From Octopus bimaculoides (Eukaryota): a stretch of 64,000 bases of DNA. A program made the position numbers and the translations under genes. The stretch spans positions 6,168,151-6,232,150 of the forward strand of contig NC_068998.1 of assembly GCF_001194135.2 (NCBI RefSeq), in the 5' to 3' direction. Shown in pieces: positions 54,004 to 64,000 of the stretch. The notes beneath the pieces are model-generated. The model did no database searches. It saw nothing but the letters and a program-made list of their open reading frames with translations, and was not told the DNA's origin. Each line of letters opens with the position of its first letter. The stretch's first letter is position 1.

Positions 54004-55751
54004 CTGAAGAAAGAGAAGAAAAAAAAAAGAAAATAAAAATACGTGTGAACAAAAGCATACAAGTATATAACACGAGGGAAATTGTTAAGATGACGACGGG
54101 CAAGCCGAAACTTTGAAGCTAGTATCTCTTTTCCTTGTACTCTAATAAAAGTATTCAGTAATTATTCAGTTCAATGCAAAATTATTTTTCTATATAAGTT
54201 GCCATAAACACACAAACATAATTATAGAGCAACCATTCTTACCGTTTCTTATGTACGTGCGTGTGTACGTGTGTGTGTACGTATGTATATAACCTTTATC
54301 GTTTAATTCTTTCAGTCAATAGACTGCGACCATGGTGGGGCGCCGCTTTCAGAAATTTCTAGTCCAATGAATTGACAGCAATGTTTAATTTTTTTTTGTT
54401 AAGTCTCATACTTATTCTATCGGGCTCTTTTGCTGAACCGCTACATTACAGGCTCATAAACACACCAACAACGGTTGACAATCGGTAGTGGAGAACAAAA
54501 TCAGGCACAAAGACACATACACAAGCATATATACGACGGACTTCTTTCAATTACAATTTTCAAGCAGAATCAGCGTGATATAGCTTGCAACAAGGTGGCA
54601 CCTTTTAAATTGGAACTGAAATCCACTATAAGTTCTTCTATACTGCTTCTGTCTGATCAATTCCACACATAAAGTATGGATTGATCTGACTTTATAGAAG
54701 TTGATTTGCTAAGGTTGTCACTCAGTAGGATCGAACCCGAGAACTCGCAACCGCAACGTGAACTCTTTAGCCAATCAACCACAGTGCTGCTATTATCGGA
54801 GGCATGAGATTTTTTTTTATTGATTCCACATACCATGTTCGGGCGAATTCAGTACATAAATTGTTTCAGTACCTACATCATACAATTGTGTGTGTGTGTG
54901 TGTGTCTGTGTGTATATGTATGTATGTGTGCATATGTGTGTGTGTACGTGTGTGTTTGTGAGTATGTATGTATTATATATGTATGTATGTATGTATGTAT
55001 GTGTATATTTATATATATAATGGACATAATTACACGACTCGTGTATGCAAGCATGTGAGTTAGCACATATGTTCACAAATGCGTATGTATATGAGTATAT
55101 ACTTTCAGAACTTAGCTTAATCTGAAGACGAAAAAACAGTCGATTAAATTATCTATAATTTTAACCTGTGTCTAGTATTTGCTAAAAATAAAAAAAAAAT
55201 AAAATGCCTACAATTTCTACCAATATTCAACGTTTTTTTTTTAACTAAGAGAAAAATAATTTCAAAATAAAATCCACGTCTAAAATATAAATTAAAATAT
55301 CCGAAGTTTTAATTTGAAAGAGAATTCCACTCAACCAACTTCAGAAGTAGATGTTAAAAAAAAACCGAAAATGTCTGGCAAAGTTGAGTGCAACTTTGTA
55401 ACGTTCGCGTTTTTTTAGCAGTAAAGACCGTATTCATGGTACTTATAACTCGTAGTATAAGGTAACGGTAAAAATAAGGCGGTGAGCTGGTAGAAATGCT
55501 TAGCGGTATTTCGTCTGTTGCTACATTCTGAGTTCGAATTCCGTCGAGGTCGACTTCACCTTTTATCCTTTCGGGGTCGATAAATTAAGTAACAGTAACT
55601 AAGGATTAAAGTTAAACGAAGTTTTATATTATACTAGAGGACTGGTTAAAGTTCGTTGATTAGTTGTCATTAGACCCATTCATGCAACCTTTTGCAGGAA
55701 GTAAATCAATTCTATAAATGTTTCCCAGCACAGCATAGCAAGCGAATTTTA

Positions 55752-56032
55752 TCTATATTAATATAAAACGTAGTTCTCTGTCCGTCCGCGCGTCCGTCTG
55801 TCTGCCACACGCTAGTTCAATGATTTCATGAAACATAAATTATAGAAGTTGAAAAATGTTCTATTATGACGTCGTATCAGTCATAAATTTCAACACAGAA
55901 AACCAAAGGGAAGTAATATTCTTGAGACATTTCATTTGCTCTAAATTTCGTTTGAAAATTTCGATACATTTCTACTATGACGTCATAATTTACCGATTTC
56001 CCTTATAAATACACGGGCGGTGATTTTCAAGT
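55752..56032 (+). mobile_element. Possible non-autonomous Helitron
   Basis: 5' TCTATATTAATATAAA followed by a (gtcc/gtct)n tract; the 3' end cacgggcggtg...caagt resembles a decayed hairpin + CTAGT. Confidence 0.45.
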
Positions 56033-56690
56033 AATATATATATATAAAGAGAGAAACCAAAATACATTGAATACATTTAATTTACTCATGGAGTTCATAT
56101 ATGCAATGAAATGGAAAATATGGTTTGTGAAAGTTTATATTTTCCTCACACGTCACCAAGAAAAAATGGCCGTAAATACTTCATTCTCAATTACAACAAT
56201 AGACAGTTTAATTAAAAGGAAAAAGATTGAGACAGGGAGATTGGAATTTGACAGGAAAAAGTTAAAACAAAACAGTGACACATTTCAGAAAGCTTTCAGT
56301 CAGTAAGAGAGTTAATACTGTTATAAACCTATTTCGTGTCAATTTACAATTCGAAACTATTTATTTCTGAGGTAGGTAAAAAAAGAGTTATAAAATTCTT
56401 CAGTCAGTAATATTGCAGTTTCTAGGGTAAATATATTATTGAACACTTAATTAATTCTTAATATACAACAATAGCGAATCTTTAAGTTCTGAGTTCAAAT
56501 TCCGTCGAGGTCGACTTTGCCTTTCATCATTTCAGGGTCAATGAAATAAGTACCAGTTACGCACTGGGGTCGATGTGATCGACTTAGAACCTTCACCTAA
56601 ATTGCTAGCCATCGTGGCCGTCGTGATGAATGATTTTCTTATTGATTTCTATTGAAAAATACGTAGTAGTGGCTGGAATAATTCCATATA

Positions 56691-56932
56691 ATGTGGTAGT
56701 ACATCGGTTTTCGAACAATTCTGATCGCGAATAAATCCTGCTCTCTCTCTCTACATATATATATATATATATGTATATGTATATATATATAGATAGATAA
56801 AGTACGATTTATTCGTGATCAGAGGCGCTCGTAAACCGAGGCACTACTGCATTAAATGAAAATGAGAAAGACAGGAGATAAGGCACGATTTATTCGCGAT
56901 TCGAGTTGTTCGAAAACCGAGGTACTAATGTA
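56691..56932. mobile_element. Pogo/Tigger-like MITE with duplicated right terminus
   Basis: A ~41-bp motif TAGTACCTCGGTTTTCGAACAATTCTGATCGCGAATAAATC occurs at 56697-56737, and inverted twice at 56806-56849 and 56887-56930 (followed by TA). The CAGTAGTACCTCG-type end resembles Tigger TIRs. Confidence 0.55.
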
Positions 56933-57262
56933 TTATGAATGAATGCGTAAAGAAATGAATAAACAAATATGTAAATATGATAAATACATATATATTCTTA
57001 TGATTTTACTCTCTTTCACACACACACACACACATACAGATGTACATATGTCTGCAAGATGTCTCTTGAACAAAGACAAGGCATAATAAATTAGAAGTAA
57101 TCAAAGCCGCCTCGAATCCTTAGTAATTTATACTGATGTCTCGTAACATTAACGCTAATGATAGAAACATCTACAACAGCAATAGCAAGAAGCAAAGAAA
57201 CTAAAAAAAAACTTCAAAGATGAAATGAAATCAAAATAACGTATAGCATTAAAATGGTCTCT

Positions 57263-57375
<113 letters not shown>

Positions 57376-57942
57376 CGACTTCATTTATTTGCCAGCAAGG
57401 TGAAGGATGAGAGGAAAATACAAAGACAGGTACAAAATATGGGGGTTTAATTATAAATGAAATGATAAAATGAATGGATAAATAAATAACAAAAAGAAAA
57501 ATGAGTAAATATACACGATATACAATAAAAGGAAGGAAAATATACACAGTATACAAAGGTTAAAAAAGAAAGGAGATTGTAGTCCTCCTGATGTAATATG
57601 GCCTTTAAGGATAATCGAGGAATCCCAATGTCCAAGATCTCCTTGAAAGCGAAGTGCAAGCACCCTCCCAAATTTCCCTTCACCGACTCACAGGGCTGCA
57701 CCTAGAGAGGTACCGCCCACTCTTACAATTTTCGCAGATAATAAGGATGATGATCTCAAATTTTTACACATCGACCCCATTACTCAGCTGGTATTTATTT
57801 TATCGACTTCGAAAGCGCGAGAGGCAACGTCGATCTCAGCCGCATTTGAACTCAGAACGTAAAGACTGTTGAAATGCCGCTAAACTTTTCGCTAACGATT
57901 CTGCCAGTTCAGATGATGATGATGATGGTGACGACGACGACG

Positions 57943-57977
<35 letters not shown>

Positions 57978-59081
57978 TACCATGATGATGATGGCAATAA
58001 TGATTTCTTAATTTTGTTATATTTTTTTCTATTAATATTTTAATGAATTCTGTCAGTATTCTCCATCTTTTGCTCGTCGGTTTGAAGATAAGTCATATAT
58101 AATATAATATATTAGGTCGCAAAAAGTAGAAGGACATATGAAATATATATAATATTAAGATTAATATTAAGATTAATATTAAGATTAATATGAGAAGAAA
58201 GAAAATATAAATACCAGCTAAGTCATATGCATGAAGAGTTGTTATAAAGAAAAGAAAAAAAAATGTAATTATTTTCTCCGAGAAATGTCTCTCCTCATAA
58301 AATGTTTGATTTATAATCTCGGTTTCTCTTGATGCGGATGATATTTAGAAAGAATGAAATGATGCTACGCAGGACTATCAAAGACCATAAAAATATATTA
58401 GATATGTATATTCTGGGCGCCTTCTTCCATATTCCTGAACTTCAAACTCGAATTTTTAATCTTGCCAAATATCATGACGTAATGTTTATCGCCTTTGTAT
58501 TCATTGCCCGAAAGGACACAGCATGTGTTTGATAATAAAACGTCTTAATAAAATGCATTTTAAATGTCGAAGTATTGCAAGTTGTTTGAAATAATGATTG
58601 TTTAATAGTTACTGCTTCCATTCTGCAAGTAGAACTGTAATGGATTAGGTGATATGAACGCAGCGTGGTAGGAAGTTTGCTCTCCCAAACACATGGTTCC
58701 GGGTTCAGCTCCATACCTTCGCCTACAGAAATGAAACGCAATGTGTCCAGGTCAAGTTTTCTAGAGAATAGGAAATCCCAGTTGATAAAAAAAAACGGGG
58801 GAAAATATCAAAAAATAGTTTGCAAAACACGGTGAAACGCAACACATATTCATTCAGTTGACATAGACTCATTTCTTTTTCACGCGGTAAAATAGAATTC
58901 CAAGTTTGTTAAATTGATATTTTCAGATATTAATCGATAACATTTTTTTTCTATTACGCACTTTTTGCAGACATTTCATTTCAGTTAACGTATTTCGATA
59001 TGTTTCTGCTGCATTTTAACGCAGAGATAGTTTCTGATGAAAGACAAAAAAAGAATCATATTATTATTTTTATTATCATTA

Positions 59082-59146
<65 letters not shown>

Positions 59147-59249
59147 TTATTATTATTATTATTATTATTATTCAAAGTTCTTATTGTCTTCCTTTATCAA
59201 TCATGCTTTTTCTTTGCCAAATTCTTCTCTCTCTTTCTCTCTCTCTCTC

Positions 59250-59293
<44 letters not shown>

Positions 59294-59614
59294 NNNNNNN
59301 NNNNNNNNNNNNNNNNNNNNNNNNNNNNNNNNNNNNNNNNNNNNNNNNNNNNNNNNNNNNNNNNNNNNNNNNNNNNNNNNNNNNNNNNNNNNNNNNNNNN
59401 NNNNNNNNNNNNNNNNNNNNNNNNNNNNNNNNNNNNNNNNNNNNNNNNNNNNNNNNNNNNNNNNNNNNNNNNNNNNNNNNNNNNNNNNNNNNNNNNNNNN
59501 NNNNNNNNNNNNNNNNNNNNNNNNNNNNNNNNNNNNNNNNNNNNNNNNNNNNNNNNNNNNNNNNNNNNNNNNNNNNNNNNNNNNTCGTCGTCGCCGTCGT
59601 CGTCGCCGTCGCCA

Positions 59615-59659
<45 letters not shown>

Positions 59660-59788
59660 TCATCATCATCATCATCATCGTCATTATTATTGCTATTGTT
59701 GTTCGCCGCTGTTACTGTTGTTGCTGCTATGGTTCTTATTTTTAACAAACAGATACACCCGGCGTTGCTCGGGTTTTAAATGACATTA

Positions 59789-59829
<41 letters not shown>

Positions 59830-60033
59830 AAAGTAAATTTTCCAGTTAGCTTTCAATGCCTACTTAAACGTCCGTATCTGTCCCTTCTCACTGCTTCTCT
59901 CCTTTAGAGTGCCTCTATCACTCACTCACTCACTCATTCACTCATTCTGTCAGTCACACACTCACTCACTTTCTCTCACTCCCTCTCACTCTCTATTTGT
60001 CTCTGTCTCTGTCTCTCTCACTCTATATTCGTC

Positions 60034-60075
<42 letters not shown>

Positions 60076-60513
60076 TCTTTCTCTTTCTTTCTCTGATCCT
60101 GTTCTACAGACGTAATTGAAATTGGTGTGCAGGTAATTGCTTACGTTACTCACAACACTCTAAATCGACATCAACACGACAGTAACACTTGAGCTGAGAT
60201 TTTTCTTAGATAAACCCGACATCAGCACGAAATATTATAATAAACAATGACATTGTGCCAACACGTGACACATGAATCGCCATTTTTTCTTCCTGACATT
60301 TAGAAAACGGCTGATTTGGAAAATTGAGCCAGGCTACAGTTCAATCTTCTTGCTATTTGTTTTCATTTAATTAGTAAGATTTATCATTTATTTAGGTGAT
60401 AGTTTTAATGGTGTTGTTGAACCAAAGGTCATTCGCAATGCAGAACACTAGTGATGAAAGATATTTCAGACGTAAGTCTCTTCTATGTTACATGTGTGTG
60501 TGTCTATATACAT

Positions 60514-60664
60514 ATAAGAGGAATGACCACTAAGTGGACATCCATGTTGCTAGAAGTAGACCACCTATGGTCTGACCACTAAGAAAACATTTTCTTAGTG
60601 GTCAGCCCATAGGTGGTCTACTTCTAGCAACATGGATGTCCACTTAGTGGTCATCCCTTCTTAT
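60514..60664. repeat. Near-perfect palindrome (65-bp arms, 1 mismatch, 2-nt centre)
   Basis: 60523-60587 is the reverse complement of 60590-60654 apart from one position, with an imperfect extension to 60514/60664. Confidence 0.9.
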
Positions 60665-60767
60665 ACGCATGTAATATAATTTTTCTGAATCTTCAGATTT
60701 TTCAATTTGCTAGGCCACTGGCTTTAAATTGATATTAATCAAATTAATTTTCAATTTTTCACCCTTA

Positions 60768-60800
<33 letters not shown>

Positions 60801-62824
60801 AATCGACCTCAGGACTCTTTTGCCGAACTGCAGTGAAGTTACGGTGAAGTAAACACACCAACATCGGTTGTCAAGCGTTGGTGGTGCAACGCTTGACAAC
60901 CACACAGCCACGCCTGTGTCTGTTTATAAAATGTTCTCGCGTTCAAAAAGTTTGTATTTAACATTAAAATTAACGTTAATTTCTGACAGGGGCGTTTAGT
61001 GTAATGTTTAGAGCATCTGAAGGATACGGAATGCGACCAAGGCTGATAAATCTAATAAGGCCTGCATTATTACCTTCTGGAGAGGGACAGATGGAGAGAG
61101 ATGGACAGCCTAAGAATCTTATTTATAGTTATTACAGTCTTACTGTCACGCTTTTAATGACAGTTTAAATGTCAAAGAATTAGTAGCACAATCTTAGTGT
61201 AATAGCCTTAATATCATGGGAAAAATGTTACAATCTCAACGTTAGCCTCTTAACTTTATAAGACTAAATGTATAAGACTAAATTTTGTGGTCTCAATGTT
61301 ATAGCTATCTTAATATCACAATGTCAGTCTTAACATCTCTTAAAATCGCAGTCTGCTCGATTTTACTCTTAATACATGTTAAATACCAATGTAGGTTGTA
61401 TACACCTGAAGAAACTAGACTTATTATTGTTTGAAACAATAACTCACATTTCAAGACGAGCAAAAATAGATGTTCATACTTCCTCCGAGGAAATCATCAG
61501 CTGAATGTGTGAATAGAATTGTGTAAACCGGTGATGCAAACACTTACGAGATTAGTTAGGATAAGATCTTTATCATTTGCTATTAGGTGTTCACCTGTTA
61601 AGATTCGATGATTAATATCAAGGCGTTTGGCGAATTGCAAGCAAAACGAAAAACAGAATTTATATAGAATTTACTTTGAAAAAGAAAAACAAAGTTTAAG
61701 TTTACAATGAAAAATATGTAACAGTATTTTTTTTCATTTAATCATATAAAGAAATAACAAAATAATGATTTGAGCAAGTTGAAAAAAGAAAGCGGACAGA
61801 TCAGAAAAGAAATTCTAAAAGAATTGTGTTTAGAAGAAATTCAATTCTTAACGAGAGAAAAGAATAGTGTGATGGAAGTGTATATATAAAAGGAAGAAAA
61901 TACAATATATGTTATTAATTTGAGAGCTAAATGCAATCTTATTTTCACTAGATATTATCTGCTAAATATGTTAAAATAGCAATTTATCATTGAAATGAAT
62001 ACTTTCAAGTAAACAAGTTTCACGAAGAACAACAATGTACTTTCAGCCATTGTTATAGATGTATCTATATCCAATTACAAAAAATATATTTTCTAATTTT
62101 TCAAGATTGAACTCTTTATTCCGATCTGTGTCTGTGTCTGAGAAAAGATTTTTTCCCCCTAGCGACTAGAAAAAGGAAAGCACAAGAAAGGAAGAGACAA
62201 GAAAGTAGTAGTAGCAGCAAAAAAAAAACTACAAACAAAAAATATTCAAAAATAATATACGAACAATGAAAATGGACAAAAGAAGTAATATACAATGATA
62301 GAGACTTGTATAAATAGCTTACAATTTCACTATACTCGGGTGAATAAACTGTAGCTCATACAAATAACCTTAGAATGAATTACCATTTATTGTCCAGCTG
62401 TTTCCAGTGTCTCATAATTCAAAGATGGTCCTAATCGGAGATTTATTTACTTCAAACGAAAGTTTGATGTACATCTTTATTACGTTCTGTGAATATAAAG
62501 GCGTTATTAAACGCACTATACATCCAATGACCTATTTTTCCGACAATGTATTAGAATATCTTATCTTACGACCAACAATAAATGGTGTTTGCTATAGACT
62601 ACTTAAGCAGTTAATAATGTTAGAATCAAATACAATGACAGAATTGAACAAGTAAAGTTATCTTCAAGTTGATTAATTGTAGCTTATAGGGTGGAATCAT
62701 ATATATTTTAATTCTAAGTTAGGTAAGCTAACTGTTTACCATTAGTTCGGGAAAAATACATGACAATTTAAATGACTACAACATTGCTGTCGTATATTTA
62801 CACATATAGGTTTATATGCAAGGT

Positions 62825-62861
<37 letters not shown>

Positions 62862-62872
62862 CACACGCAAGG

Positions 62873-62912
<40 letters not shown>

Positions 62913-63370
62913 CAGAGAGAGAGGGAGACACACACACACACACACAGGCAGATAGATATAAAGATGGATAATTACATAGACAAATAGATAAATGGATAAT
63001 TAGATAGATAGCTAGACACACAGATAGATAGATAGATATATAGATAGATAGATAGATAGATAGATAGACAGGCGTAATTGAGAGAGAGCGAGTCATGATG
63101 TTCAATATATATAAACCTACACTTTACCTTATAATTTTCTTAGTAAAGCCTTTCGTTTTTGCACAGTTTTTCTTTCGATTTTGTCTTTCCACCAATTGAA
63201 ATATAATCTCCGGCTGAGTAACGTATATTTTAATGCATACATCTTCGGCCGCGTTTAATTTGCTTGTCTAACTATTTGATTATACACATTTTATTATTCT
63301 AGTCTTTTTATTATTCTATAGTCTTTATTTACGTAAATTACTACTGTTCATATCATTTGTTTCTACAAAC

Positions 63371-63449
<79 letters not shown>

Positions 63450-63945
63450 GAGAGACAGAGAGAGAGAGAGAGACAGAGAGAGAGAGAGACAGAGAGAGAG
63501 AGAGGGGGAGGGAGAAATATATAAACACACCGAGGGAGATACAGTGAGAGGTGATATCTTCAAATATTACTGCTGGTTTGATTCTGGAGATTTTAGCAAC
63601 AGATATTGTCACCTGCATGAATTTCTAATTGGTTATTGATGGCTGTTTAGTTGCTAATTTTAGACAATTTTTGAATATAGCATTTAATTTTACAAATGGG
63701 CACTTTACAAAGTTATATTTATCGAAATCTTTTCGATTGATTATTTTTTTGTTTTGTTTCTGGAGCTTTCGAAGTTTTTGAATTGTAAATTGAAATAGTA
63801 CTTCTCGATTCACCCATTTATTGCCAGAACAAACAGGCATTTGAATAAACACATTTTTCAAGCAACATTTATTAAAGGACTCAATAAATATGAATGTAAA
63901 CATAAACTCAAATTATATAAAATTCAGCTATAATATAAGAACACG

Positions 63946-64000
<55 letters not shown>

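Noticed and set aside
58329-58532. 67-aa plus-strand ORF, and a minus-strand 'FFLNIIRI' stretch resembling class B TM5
   Set aside because: The minus frame is bounded by stops with no usable splice sites, and the plus ORF has no recognisable family.
61401-61440. CTGAAGA...TGAAAC spacing resembling an HHR
   Set aside because: Stem II is weak and there is no stem III/NUH or stem I complement.
63522-63612. Possible minus-strand exon VTISVAKISRIKPAVIFEDITSHCISL, and a possible exon near 60990-61078 (GNNAGLIRFISLGRIPYPSDAL...)
   Set aside because: Weak donors (gtgtgt, gtcaga), and no convincing GPCR motif or link to the terminal exon; too speculative to call.

Overview
This is AT-rich, microsatellite-dense eukaryotic genomic DNA from a draft assembly, with about 6.9 kb of N in about 20 gaps, almost all flanked by simple repeats. 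The repeat content points to a coleoid cephalopod, most likely Octopus (inference). It includes dozens of tRNA-derived SINE copies, mariner and maT (DD37D) relics, RTE and L1/Tx1 LINE remnants, and Penelope-like terminal repeats. Nearly all ORFs in the supplied track are translations of microsatellites or gaps. The best coding evidence is a minus-strand terminal exon (53740-54003) resembling the helix-8/C-tail of a class B or adhesion GPCR. Several weaker candidate exons of an unidentified minus-strand gene are also present. The most interesting signal is non-coding: at least seven hammerhead-ribozyme (HHR)-like motifs in several repeat families. Two look structurally complete. One at 14876-14917 (+) has a U3-A8 covariant core, and one lies at 11246-11292 (-). 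They sit in two diverged ~230-nt elements with a shared fold, i.e. candidate retrozyme-like or Penelope-derived non-autonomous elements. A second group repeatedly carries a non-canonical CCGAYGA core. Several long inverted repeats, including a 65-bp-arm palindrome at 60523-60654, were also found. All structures were read by eye; nothing was computed or searched.
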